In this document: piece by piece, positions 11,401-20,877 of the stretch | Numbering within the stretch: position 1 is the stretch's first letter | Layout: every line of letters begins with the position of its first letter | Assembly: GCA_032718475.1 (NCBI GenBank) | Contig: JAUCBJ010005742.1 | Location: 1-34,920 of the forward strand | Direction of reading: 5' to 3' | Origin: Nemertoderma westbladi | Taxonomy: Eukaryota; Animalia; Xenacoelomorpha | DNA length: 34,920 nucleotides | The notes under the pieces: model-generated | Told to the model about the DNA's origin: nothing | Database searches by the model: none | The model's input: only the letters and a program-made list of their open reading frames with translations | Position numbers and translations under genes: made by a program

Positions 11401-13122
11401 TTCTCGTACAGTAGGTAAGCTAGAAGTATATTTACCTACTTTACTTTCTCTTACTATATTAGGTGTTACTGCAATTGGTGCCAGTCGGTCAGGAAGATCT
11501 ATAAAGTTGTCAGGTGCGGGATGTCTAGGTACGTGTATATAGGCCTTTTCAGCATTATGATGCTTCTCACAGAAAGCGACACACAATCCTTTCGATTTGT
11601 TTACCACGAGGGATGGACGGATAACCCAGTCTAGATCGACTTGGTCGTACGGCCAATCCCCCCGGATTCCTCTTACCAGAAAAGGTTTCGGATTAAATGC
11701 CGAAAAATTTGGAATCCATTTATGAATAAAATGGTGGAAAGGCAGGAGGTTAACTTTATCTATGAATTCCTCACAGCCTAAGGGACATAAAACAGTTGTA
11801 TAGGGGTTGGTGTTTGCTGCATTCATTATGCGTGCAGCTTCCAAACTATTTATTTCCCGCATGTGCCATTCCCTAACTACTGTAATATCATTGAATATTG
11901 GATTTATATTTATATTTTGATGTACTGCCCCCGAAAACCTCCCCTCTAACCCCGCCCATGCCGATCTTAAAGAATTTGGAATTAAACCCCATGAACCCTC
12001 TGTATTTGATTTCGTAACTAAGGACCAGAAATATGATGGCCACGCGTGTTCCCATTTTGGTTGGTGCTTTTGAAGTTGAGACACATCAATAAGATACGCC
12101 CTGCATTCTGTACATAAATGAAAAGTGCCAGTAGACGATCTACAAATTTCCCCAAAAACCCTCTTATATGTTGTCCCTGTATAGCCCCGAATTTTAACTA
12201 CCATTTCAGGTACGGTAGCTCGCAAACAGTTTTCACATCTACGGACTACACCACCATCAGAGGGAAGGTCAGTGTCTGACTCAGAATTTATTACGTTGCC
12301 AATGGATTCACCACTGACTGACATACTATCGTCAAACCGTCCCCCCTCCGCCCCCGATTGTTCCCGTAGCCCCGATTGGAATTGTTCCCCAGACCCTAAC
12401 TGTGGTCTATCAGCCCCCCCAACCCCCAAGTGCCCCCCCTCAGACCCTAATTGTTCCCCTATATGTTCATCTAGCCCAGAGTGTTCCTCAAACTCTACTT
12501 CAGAATCTTCCCAAGACCCTGCCTCTGTAATATCAGCCACTCCAATCCCCGTGTGTTCCCCATCACCCCCCGTCAGTCCCCCCTCAGCCCCCGACTGTCC
12601 CACATCAGCCCCCCACTGTCCCCCCTCAGCTCCATACTGTCCCCACTCAGCCCCCGATTGTCCTCCCACAGCCCCCGACTGTCCCCCTCTAGACCCCGCC
12701 CCCACAGCCCCCGACTGTGTCCCCCTTATATTTGAATTAGGAAACCCCCCACGAATTTGATTATTATTTATTAATGCTACGTAGTGTACCTGGTCGTGTA
12801 TGAAACCCAAACTAATACTAGTTAACCCTGACCCAATCTCCGTGTACCCCCTCACCCCAGTATCGTACACCCGAATTTGAATCCCCAAACATTGCGCTAA
12901 AATTTGTAGAGAAATATTGTCCCCCCACTCCTCCCCATCCTGAACTGAACGTACGTAAGTATTAAAATTGCCCGGAATAAAATTTTCGTACTTGGCCCTA
13001 TTGTTGCTTAGATAATAGGCGACTCTAAGGCGTAAATGTTCTACAGAAAGGTTCTCACCGGTTTCTAGTACAGATAGGCGAACGCAACAGTCGCGTACTG
13101 GCAATTCCCACCGCCACCGCAA
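5422..13122 (-). CDS. Helitron-like RepHel transposase polyprotein (OTU, Cys/His clusters, HUH Rep, PIF1-like SF1B helicase, GIY-YIG); the real N-terminus lies upstream
   Basis: Rep motifs YFITLTCND (~9377-9403), RFEFQ..GNKPHVH (~9130-9180) and YLLKY (~8598-8612). Helicase motifs GPPGTGKT (~7205-7228), VEEIG, PFGGKLIIASGDHQQLPPI, YVRSAND, QWPV..AADTVHR and QLLVIVSRV. OTU motifs WGDNISL and VHYVAL. C-terminal GFIY..YVGDT.N.RR..PW..VITGFP. Confidence 0.93.
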   Translation of the reverse strand: MRWRWELPVRDCCVRLSVLETGENLSVEHLRLRVAYYLSNNRAKYENFIPGNFNTYVRSVQDGEEWGDNISLQILAQCLGIQIRVYDTGVRGYTEIGSGLTSISLGFIHDQVHYVALINNNQIRGGFPNSNIRGTQSGAVGAGSRGGQSGAVGGQSGAEWGQYGAEGGQWGADVGQSGAEGGLTGGDGEHTGIGVADITEAGSWEDSEVEFEEHSGLDEHIGEQLGSEGGHLGVGGADRPQLGSGEQFQSGLREQSGAEGGRFDDSMSVSGESIGNVINSESDTDLPSDGGVVRRCENCLRATVPEMVVKIRGYTGTTYKRVFGEICRSSTGTFHLCTECRAYLIDVSQLQKHQPKWEHAWPSYFWSLVTKSNTEGSWGLIPNSLRSAWAGLEGRFSGAVHQNININPIFNDITVVREWHMREINSLEAARIMNAANTNPYTTVLCPLGCEEFIDKVNLLPFHHFIHKWIPNFSAFNPKPFLVRGIRGDWPYDQVDLDWVIRPSLVVNKSKGLCVAFCEKHHNAEKAYIHVPRHPAPDNFIDLPDRLAPIAVTPNIVRESKVGKYTSSLPTVREIGGYNGISSTTLIPGYTFGGVTNNSFAKNEKLVLDNRPDILQCTLNRRELGEDFVSGTLYADEFDKDVIDDCTRGATYMGMDEALYQWDTYISRDKGGKNTDKDYSLPLIHPNNRYGCNPFYTNISNNDECPLTAELIRILCHSPPTHRVIQNLINDNPLATLLLDAVHSALHRHKYRIKGNSEEVLQCRVATVDPTVSDSTNTSQKAAIILSDFNEIITREHIGVSLGANIELFYRGGSRRFTGNILEFGASENDIVLESETHYLQCIGNSQGIIFKWGETFLFQDTFGKKYINNNIEQSNILKHFSFLVFSKKLQHQNLIKKHKQLAQFAGQNILKCQFHPQFHLIRQHLTNRSQCWTTGCSNIARWRCPWGLPYYHCDVGICYHHGSTAIKSGAETFVGDPAIFEQPDPEFDDPMDGNDEGDDHQDEGVEQDPLDQFMDPDEDNEVDLEYVEQHLGILGSNELYEEHDDESTLYASRDNVVVCDVATTSRVHVLLNEYYGVLRRKYSAHRQANFNRILSHISSLSPEGNVPLLFPEAFLFPLVFYFARTEDQAVLGALPSVLYSNRTENKRGLATLSDHLEIRLRGGNITPKILAYLDFVFDILLNTQLNNNSATLVLNRGLEFLNLNKVSIGMRENKLNFSEIDSRKKVNELAALTKEGAWTYFITLTCNDSETPGVAPITNAIKRKYGHTEDYKFQLVRRGVVLLRAWVRTVHYVLRWLQFSKEQPVGHVKNLWSRFEFQDQKAIGNKPHVHMGITVFPEDVEVSLSRICCQSKSLFHGSFGTDLEDLIGEGLVRDLRDKNNFLNQFQYLQTHSCNSAGGRCMKRTDKFGKPICRYTKYPESGVSKFIPKENLYCNKFLETLLDLGFAFRDEDDNIVVDKEFVAGSYQYAAMANEFFVPTIPRLFVLMRACTNVQVCAVRFMKAYLLKYGAGKEEHRKHIIQESKVAGEFRGEERSQVNEKITGARIAEEKRAKKDKGITSRIISTNEIIFYSLKFDYFTTTVTFLHLQTVSPENRSGIVHNYPTNKAKFLTDSDGTLLPVSRRAHLPPTRQFTNSQILLIRDYISSLYCADLFTSFNLRPPELMPFDTIEIYTKCFIVTTFVKDCNLNVPFNECIWINGLGRRVQLRLSGVTKAVEFLTVQANNRVPLAFDLLTQIFNPIVAGDENCSKLFIDKSCTKPVIVVFSNVTPFQTEKFLIHMMLSMGKFETELDLYSTSCLLESFGLCKLVPDWRNITEPDIKNLRRRYLMEQLYHYAVSTRQMERMLQAADSVLQSFLGGEGVYFTSLPLAQEALFRREASANVLQIENSARTNMVAGFRDKNIAIPDNLSNASRETPLPWRPDLQQAASQSVQSLNEQRQTLSLCCEAIDKYLVPTTTFVNPIIIVGPPGTGKTHILLLSGAYAMAKGLRVSLTAITSNKARQLGGIHLHQLLSLSGKHGNRQIDAVTLSEDSLLSLAKTPDKVSILQRVDVVLVEEIGLFSGELVSVLDQVLKKVTLTNIPFGGKLIIASGDHQQLPPIQGSLMWLSPQFLMIFKVAKLTCYVRSANDPQLQLLIELIRDHSRTDEDITQILDIISRNCNFLESWDDVPLDCTRVVGKRAAEREATKTYLQKIQQQPNLISITSKANDEMENHAGVWIPATERISNALDNELRESREILIPIGTVMRITYNGKSGRHTFSQGQLVVVESLPQGEPQRLALRLIPVGRGTIDFNNLNQYPLIFLARHISPEVQVGHHLQKGRREQWPVQHVAADTVHRILGDFCYKLATQIETGRSMWALWLVEQLLVIVSRVPYANHIYFVGLKHTVLQNIAILLGQKSPILEYVSKLIDKLNVIRHQPIVQPAPLPVPLISNNPVSNIHHIPIDVEIPADDIGFIYIIVSLPYPEIWYVGDTVNMRRCLNDLRLGNIQGRLTQNPNLQPWQPYAVITGFPGGGNDDENKNSRQLVLNAIYYAAQIEMSPHQLVQLVRDVVGGLNMGLRIIQIVKT
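12560..12725 (-). repeat. Coding 21-bp minisatellite giving a 7-aa Gly-rich repeat (GGQSGAE-like) after the OTU domain
   Basis: GGQSGAVGGQSGAEWGQYGAEGGQWGADVGQSGAEGG in the translation; cagcccccgactgtcccc-like repeats on the + strand. Confidence 0.85.
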
Positions 13123-13432
13123 TCGACGACAGTACGCGACTCCTGCGCAGCAACTCGCTGTATAGCGTTAGCGCCGGTGAGGGAAATAGCGGTAGTGTGA
13201 GGAGTAGAGACCCAAGGATTAGAGTTAGTAGAGGTAGTCGGAGGAGTAGAGGTAAGAATCGTGGAGTAGGTTGGTTGAGTATGTTGAGGCGTAGTAGTAC
13301 TAGAAACCGGAGGTGGAGAGGGAGGAGCGCGTTCAGTAGGTGTAGGTAGAGACGGCGATCCGTTAGGACGAATAGACTGGCCAAGTGACTGCGATCCGTT
13401 TGGAGACTGCGACTCCGTATTGCCCGATTTTC
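13065..13432 (-). CDS. 5' part of the large RepHel exon: Ser/Thr/Pro-rich segment plus OTU catalytic Cys box, out of frame with the main ORF by 1 nt
   Basis: Acceptor tttgttacag|GA at 13433/13432. Open frame KSGNTESQSPNG...ESRTVVDCGGGGNCQYATVAFAYLY* with the Cys codon at 13101-13103. Adding one base near 13068 would join it to LETGENLSVEHLRLR. Confidence 0.75.
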
Positions 13433-15555
13433 CTGTAACAAATTATTGTATTTAGTTAATTATTGTCGAACTATAAGGTAGAACATTACAACATACTGTA
13501 AGTAAAATAGTCAATTTACCTGTACACTAAAATATACCATGTAACCTATATCTGATATAGCTTTACAATATAACATATAAACTTGATAATAAAACGGGCT
13601 TTATCACATACTGTATGCGGACCCCACATCAAAGACTCATATCTGCTATCCGCAAACACGACAACAAACGCAAGCACGAAGTCAGATAGTACGTTGCGTG
13701 GTAGATAACAAGATCATTTATTGTTTTGGTTATAGAAAAGTCTGCCTTTGTTACCTGCTTATTTCCCTTAATTGTTAACGAAAAAACAATAAATCCCAAA
13801 TGTAAAGTACTACTACACACACAATATGTAAAATATATTATAAAAAGAATATAAAACAACCGTAGCCCATAAACCAAGGTGACAAATTAAGGTATATTAT
13901 ATGACATACCGACCGTACCAGAACCGTAACACAATCCAAAATAACCAAAACCGTAACTCATACAGCGTCTCAAACCTAAACAACAACCGAAATAACATCA
14001 GTAGGCCTATACGTTATAAAATCGAATACTAAAACTTTATTCATAGTCTTAGTGTACCCCACAATTCTACAGAAAACTGAAATATGAAAGTTTTATTGTA
14101 TACTGTTGTCCTATTATCATTATCCTTGTGCAGAAATTTCAAAATGAGGTTTAATTCATTAGTATAGAAGAATACCCCCCCCCCCCCCCCCCCCCCCCCC
14201 TGCACAGAACCTTTATTGCTCTAGATATCAGGTTAACATCTATAATGTGCAACATTTGCACAATAAAACACGTTTGGTATTAACAATAATTTAAGGATGA
14301 ATTACACGAGTGGGCCTTCGTGCAGGCATAGGCATCTTAGCGAACAATTATAATTATACTATGACTAGTTGTATATTAGCTTCAGACACACACACTAACA
14401 CTTTTAGTAAACGACCGTAGTATAATTATAACAGTTCGCTGATAGCTGATGCTCGCAGTTTTGACTCGACTGCCCCACATTATCTAATGTGAGGGAGCAA
14501 CGCAATCACGATACAACTTTCTGAGTTTGCACACTAGGTAGCCGGGCAATAGCTATTAGAACCGAAACACTCAGTGCTGTCGTGTGCATTAAGTCCCCAC
14601 ATTATCATTATGCATCCATAAATCGATTCGATATATTAATTCATCCCACACCAGGGGAAATACGACGCAAATAACTGATGATTACTCTAAAAAATAAAAC
14701 TGTAACCTGCTCTATTGTGTTTAGTTTATTGTTTTGGTTAAAATAATGTGCCACTGTAACCTGCTCATTTCCCTAAATTGAGAATTTAACATTGAGGCGG
14801 GATATTAATTCACGAAGGCGGGTTTTGCGTCCAGTTTCCCCCCCCCCCCTCCCCCCTTCTCCTATTACAGTATTATTAATACCAAAAAAAAATTAGATGA
14901 ATTCCACTAAAATTTTATACTCATTTTAACAACAAAAATTAACATTTTAATTTCCTCAGAGCAGAAGGTTACCGGTACTGACTTTAGATCTGTAAAGTTT
15001 CAGCTCAGTTTACAGCGTTCAGACCCTCATAGATTTATTTAAACTCACTCTATATGTTCGTCAATGTAACAAACTACTCAGTTCATGAAGATGTAAATTG
15101 CTACTTTACAAATAAACATTAAAATATTAAATACACAAACACTTAAACCTTAACAGCTTAATGCATTAACCCAACTTAAACTTATTTTTGATATGATAGG
15201 CCTATGTGCTTCCACCACATAATATTTTGGTTTTCGCAGTGCATAGTATAATGTATTGTTACTGCATGCAGTACTGTAGTGTAGGTCTACTGCAGATAGA
15301 GGCTTTGAAACACGTTAGTCCTTCAAAAACATAGCAATAGGAATAGGCTAAAGAAATAACCAAGAAAAAAAAATAAACCAAATCTCTAATAGAATCATAT
15401 TAGGCCTAATCCAAAAATAATAATAAAAAGAAATAGAAATCATAGTAACTCGTAACCATTATACAAACTGTACTCGAACAATAAAATAAACTATTATTTA
15501 CGTGACAATTACATTGATGAAATGCTGGTCTGGCCGCACATGTAAAATAACTTAC

Positions 15556-15630
15556 GTTTTTTTTGTTCCAGTTCCCTCTTTCTCCTTGGACAGCTATTAA
15601 GGGTATGGCGCGTTGGCTTTTCCTCACCAT
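15556..15630 (-). CDS. Possible first coding exon of RepHel (MVRKSQRAIPLIAVQGERGNWNKKN)
   Basis: ATG at 15630 just below the X-box/CCAAT cluster, with a strong donor AAC|gtaagt at 15556/15555. It is phase 0, so it needs an intervening exon to join the phase-1 exon at 13432. Confidence 0.2.
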
Positions 15631-15774
15631 TACAGTACGAACATTTATAGCTTTTCTTTGCTTTTCCCATTATTTTGGATGGTGTAATTGTGAAGGTTAT
15701 AAGTACTGAAATCTTATCCTGAAATCTTTAAAATCAAAATTGTACGTAAATTCCCTTCAGCAATTTAGACTAAC

Positions 15775-16160
15775 TGAACCAATGTACTGTGGTTAGCTAA
15801 TAAAATCAATATAGTTTGAACTCAAATAAAGAAATCGGGCGGCGTCCAATCAGAAACCGAATCGCCATAATTCAAACGATCCCACTCCCCAGAGCCAGGG
15901 TAGTCTGTAAGGAACACATATTGGCCAGTTATCGGCAGAACCAATAGAAGGGAAGGCAAAATTTACCCTGCACATTCCTGTATGTTGTTATGGTAACCTG
16001 TAGCCCGGCCACTGCTTCAAGCTTGGGTTTACCTACCTAAACACTAAACTAAACAGGGCGCTGCTGCCTGTATCTCGTCTCCATTGGTCAGTTGGGTAGC
16101 AACTCCCTGGCAAGGGTAATGAAATAACTCTCCAGCAGTCTATGTTGTTAGGTAACTCTA
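15775..16160. promoter_or_regulatory. Candidate promoter/enhancer: three RFX X-box-like sites and five CCAAT boxes between the divergent genes
   Basis: GTTGTTATGGTAAC 15984-15997, GTTGGGTAGCAAC 16091-16103, GTTGTTAGGTAAC 16144-16156. CCAAT/ATTGG at 15779, 15846, 15920, 15941 and 16083. Confidence 0.5.
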
Positions 16161-17178
16161 TATTAGTAATCTATGGCCGGAGACACTCCTGTGTCCTGGT
16201 ACTGGCTGTGGCTACACTATTATTTCTACCTTGCCTGCTTGCTGTGTCTCTGAAGTCAGAGAATTCACCTTATTGCTTTTTTTCCCAGCTTATTGAATGA
16301 ATGAAATCAATATAAGCAAACTTTTTATATCAATTTTAGTTAATAATTATTTTTAATAACTAACTTCGCTAAATAATTTTTGTTGTTTCAAGTATGTATT
16401 TATCGTTTAGGCCGATATTTATTATTAATTTAATTCAGTATTCTTAGGAACGTAGGAACGAACTCAATCCAAACAAACTCTGATATTAATTTCCACTAAC
16501 TAACTAATTAATTTTCAATAACTAAAGTAAATAATTATTTTAATTTAATTTTGACTTTATATAAGTATTTATTACTCATTATTTATTTATAATTTATTAC
16601 TTTCGTTAGTTTTCACTGTTGTGTTTTATAACTTTACTTTATCATTGTCTCTTGCTGTTATTTCGCGGGAATTTTTTATTTTGGGAAATACTTTTTCTAC
16701 CCCTATATTTTACCCTTTATTTTCCTAAATATATTTTAGGCATAAGTCTCGTTTATTGTTTTGGTTCCTCCAACCTATCTCTGTAACCTGCTCCTTCACT
16801 TACCTGCATAGGTATGTGCATACCGTAACTGCATAAGTACCTGCATACATATTACCTGCAATACTGTAATACCTACTGAAATAGTGAAAAACATTTAGGG
16901 GCAGAGAAAGTAAATTTTAGAACAATAAAAATATATGCCTTTTATTTTATTATATAATGATAATTGGATTAGTTAGAATTTATAAGTAGATTACTTAGAT
17001 CAGTGTCAATGGTAAAAATAATAGGCCTAGATAAATTATTATAATATATTCAAACTTTTGAACTTAAACTACGGATTGGATTTTCACAATGGCCATTGTT
17101 CTGTTTCAGAGTATATTTTAAACTCTTTTATAAAATACAAAAATATTAAAAATTGAATCCTAAAAGTTGAAAACCCTT

Positions 17179-17209
17179 GTTCACCCAGCCATGCAATGGC
17201 TGGGTGAAC
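17179..17209. other. Perfect 14-bp hairpin with GCA loop (GTTCACCCAGCCAT-GCA-ATGGCTGGGTGAAC)
   Basis: Seen directly; identical copy at ~24264-24294. Confidence 0.9.
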
Positions 17210-17344
17210 TACTATTGCCCAATGAGAAAATTTACTATAACCATTCATTATGTTCAGGGTGGTGGGCGGGTTAAGCACCGAAAATATAATTTTACAATGT
17301 AAATAGGACAATATGATAATGCTCTCCATAGCGAAAAATATCAA

Positions 17345-17432
17345 CCGGCCCTATTGGGGCTCGAACCCGGTACCTAGGTTTCAAACTTCTGGTTATTATC
17401 AGCCGGGTGAGTGTACTGAGCTACCAGGCCGG
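17345..17432 (-). pseudogene. tRNA-derived SINE head or tRNA pseudogene
   Basis: The minus strand has A-box TGGTAGCTCAGT and B-box GGTTCGAGCC, flanked by CCGGCC/GGCCGG; no clean D or anticodon arms. Confidence 0.55.
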
Positions 17433-17838
17433 ATGAAAGATTGTATATTTAATACACCGCGTCACTCACCCCACAACAATTCACTTATTATTATTAAAAA
17501 AATATAATTTTATATTATAGAGGTCCACGGGTACCGTACTGTCTGTCTATATGGGAGCGTTCATGTTCATAAAGTATGTCAAGCTCAACCCCCCCCCCCC
17601 CCCCCTCCCCCCCACCCCCCTAGTGCGTGACATACTTTAGGAACGCCCCCTATACTAATAATATACACGTATTTTATAAATATAATATTTTAATGAGAAG
17701 TAGCCTTTTATTTTATTTAAGTAGCGAGTGATATATTTCCTTCTTTTGATTGCGTTCATTCATTTTAATTAATGTAATACTAGGCCTATAATATTCTGAC
17801 CGTTTTTATCTTCATCTTAATAATAGTTTCACTTTATC

Positions 17839-20592
17839 ATGGCAACACAATCGTCGCTCGCAATACGTAAGAATATTAACGTACAGATGCACGTCGCGCG
17901 ACTTTTATCCCCGGCCTATTCCGGAGCGTCGCTCACTGTATTACAAGACCGTGGTGGAATAATCCCGAGATCGCGGGTGCATTCCCAGATTCTCCATATC
18001 ACGAAACCGGCTACGAAGACCCTGTCGGTCACCTACGGCAAAGGCCCGAAACGGACAAAGCGGGATATATCCTATAGTAGATTGGTCTTCTGCAGGTTTG
18101 TTATCCGTCATATTATATTATTAATAATTTAGTTTGTAAATTTTGTAAGTTACTGTGACAAAGTTAGAAATGCACTGAATATTATATGATTTTAATAAAG
18201 ATAAATAATTACTGCATTAATTACTTTGTTGGTATGTACCGCGCCAAAATGTTTGAAAATTTGATTTGACTCTAAATCAAAGGGGCGTTTTCTAAGCGCT
18301 GTAGCCATACTATCTATACAAACATAATATATAAAAATTCAGTACTTCATAGTTGCCGGTAAATCAACATGTTCATAAAAAATACAAATAAGGCACAAAT
18401 TTATGTTTTCTTAAAAATTGCAATTTAAAATTACATTTGGCAAAATATTAGACCAGAAATATCGACACCCAGAATGTCACAGAACATAAAATTATTAAGT
18501 TAGTATAATTAAGTTACGTCACCCTTATTTTGATATAAAATGCAGTTATTTAATAATTACACCACCTTTACTGCTTTAAGCAACGTCGTTATTAATTATT
18601 ACTTTTATATATGCTCGCATTATTTACCGGACACTGTTACCTTTATTTCCTGCAAATGCAAATACATATTTAAATAATTTTGAGGAACTAATTAATGCTT
18701 TTGTTATGCGGGTCGGGAAACAAAATTATAAGGTTCATTATCGGTGGACGAAAAACCGCTGACAACCCGAAAGTCCCTTTCTCTTGGATGTTACCTGTAA
18801 GGCAATGCGGGCGCCACTCTAACTCCCAAGGTGGAATACTCCGCAACCATCAAACACCTTTCTTTACTCACCCAGTAGAAGCCAATGTTGGCTGGGTGGG
18901 CGCGGCGCACCTATTATGTAATGACAGCATGCTGGGCGACGGATCGAACCGGGATCTCCAAGCCAGATGCGGAAGATGTAACCACTTCATTAGCCGATCT
19001 GGTTGGCTAGTTTAGGCTGCTGTTGATAAGGGAATGTACTGTACATGTCAACGTCTGTGTGGCTTAATTACAAGGGCATAAACAAATATACAATAATAAA
19101 GTTAACAGTGCTAAATAACATTAATTTGTGTTTAAAATTGAAACTTTTGCAATGTAACCTTAGTGTACTGAACCTCGTGGCTTTATTTGCACTAACTCGT
19201 TACGTTCGTTCATGAAACAAACCATTCGGGTCAGCACACTTAAAATGCTACTTTACACATTAAGTATTTATAGTTAATATTTATTACGCCAAATAGGTTT
19301 TAAAATTTTAAAATGGTGATTTTTTAATAAATATGTATTTTAAACGAGACTTTAGAATAAATTGGAAGGATATTCCTAAATTTGTATTTCACAAATTAAA
19401 TTATAATAATTTTTGACAACATCGATTATTTATATTTATATTTTATAGCGCTCGCTTTGTTTTTGTAACGCTAGGCCTACTAAATAGTTTATTGTTTTGG
19501 TTAGATTAGTAACTTTTAGATTTTAGAGAAAATATGCAATTATTTAAATGGGTGTAAATCGCAATGTCAAATATTTACAAATATTTAAATTTAAATATTA
19601 ACACATTTAAATATATTCTTTACAGATGTATCGAGTCTGGCAAACTCTTTGCTTTGGTACTACAAACGGTGGCGGAGGTCGGGTCTATCCTCGCGTTCCT
19701 GCAGGACGTGAGTGTCGGCGGGTTTGTCGCAATTATAAACCCGCGGTACGAGGGGGAGAGTTCCTTTCCCATTGTCTCCACAAAAGATGTTGTCATCCCC
19801 GTTCAGGAGGTTCTCAACGAGAGAAGGGAATTCCCTCTTCCTCCATCCTTCGTCGACTGCCGGATGGTAGCCTTTGCGGTTAAATCAACAATCACGTTGA
19901 TTAACATCGGTTACGAAGACTCAGTCTGCCCAGGGCCTTTGTGCGACTCCAGGACCGGAGTTTCGTGTTGCTGTCTATCCACGGCAGCCACTTCGAACTG
20001 GGTCTTCGCCCTGGATGTAATCTCCCCCGGCCTCCCTGACTTAAAGATTGCAACTTTAAAGTCAAGGAGATTCAGTTCTTTATTTGTTACTGCAGAGACG
20101 TTGCGAACGTCTCTTACAGATATGGATATCGACATCGTCGACGAGATGGAGGACTTCGTCCGTCTTAGCGTTAGCAACATAAACGACGCCGGGGGTTGGT
20201 ATATTGTGGGTTGGGTTAAGCCCGGAAAGTCGGCTGAGGCTGAGAGCGAACTGCCGTCGCTTCCGACGGTACATATAACATCGGCGAGCCCGATTCAGGC
20301 CGTTGAGCTGGTGCGCCGGAACCTACAACTGGGGCTGCAGCCTGGCGTGACACGGACCTCTTCGGTAAGGGGTGGCGGAGGTTCGGGAATGAACAACAGG
20401 GGTCGTGGTGGCGCAGCTACGGGTCGCGGTCGCGGTGGCACAGCCGGGGAGCAGCGTGTTCCTCCAGGTGACGGTTCGGGAGTAGCCGATGGGGGTCGTG
20501 GTGGTGAAGCTATGGATCGTAGTGGCGAAGCTAGGGGTCGTGGTGCCGGTGGTTCTGTCAGCGGCCAAGATAACGCTCCAACGGGAGTCTAG
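17839..20592 (+). CDS. Two-exon accessory gene (17839-18095 + 19626-20592; 407 aa), unknown protein with Cys cluster and RGG tail, possibly an OB-fold ssDNA-binding protein
   Basis: ATG at 17839. Phase-2 donor TGC AG|gtttgt at 18095/18096 matches phase-2 acceptor ttctttacag|A at 19625/19626, giving YSRLVFC-R-CIESGKLF. Both exons are GC-rich islands in AT-rich DNA. Motifs CPGPLCD..CCC, GGWYIVGWVKPG and RGRGG repeats. Confidence 0.8.
18840..19003 (-). mobile_element. Degenerate tRNA-derived SINE-like fragment in the intron of the accessory gene
   Basis: B-box GGTTCGATCC (18941-18950) within a CCGG stem, weak A-box upstream, GC-rich body. Confidence 0.35.
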
Positions 20593-20877
20593 GTGTCTAC
20601 AGTAGATTGCAGAGCCGTGGAACATAACACTCCTGTCCCGTTGTATAACTGTGTGTGTAGTATAAATATTTAAATAACAACATAGCAGTATATCAGTTTA
20701 TGTAATTATGATCTGCAATACAGCATTATCTATGTATATGTACTGTAGGTAGACCGTAGTATAATTGTGATGTTTTAATTACTTTATCTATATGTAATAG
20801 TCTATAATTAATTACTACAGTAATGCATGTTCATAATGATGTAGGCCTAAATGTTCCGGTACTTAAATACACATTAA

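Noticed and set aside
6003-12760. Many short ORFs overlapping RepHel (also 31147-34570)
   Set aside because: They are antisense or alternative-frame shadows of a long coding sequence; changes between copies are synonymous in the RepHel frame.
5422-13122. Host PIF1 gene or a DNA virus/Polinton gene
   Set aside because: Fusion to a Helitron-type HUH Rep, and no recognisable capsid, polB or integrase gene, favour a Helitron-like element.
13055-13441. 128-aa Leu/Arg-rich ORF from the track
   Set aside because: It is the wrong frame of the Ser/Thr/Pro-rich OTU exon.
17345-17432. Functional tRNA gene
   Set aside because: A and B boxes are present but no proper cloverleaf or anticodon arm can be drawn.
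19564-19625. ATG 19564 as start of the 342-aa ORF
   Set aside because: The first 20 codons are AT-rich intron sequence ending in a good acceptor; the upstream exon at 17839-18095 fits in phase.
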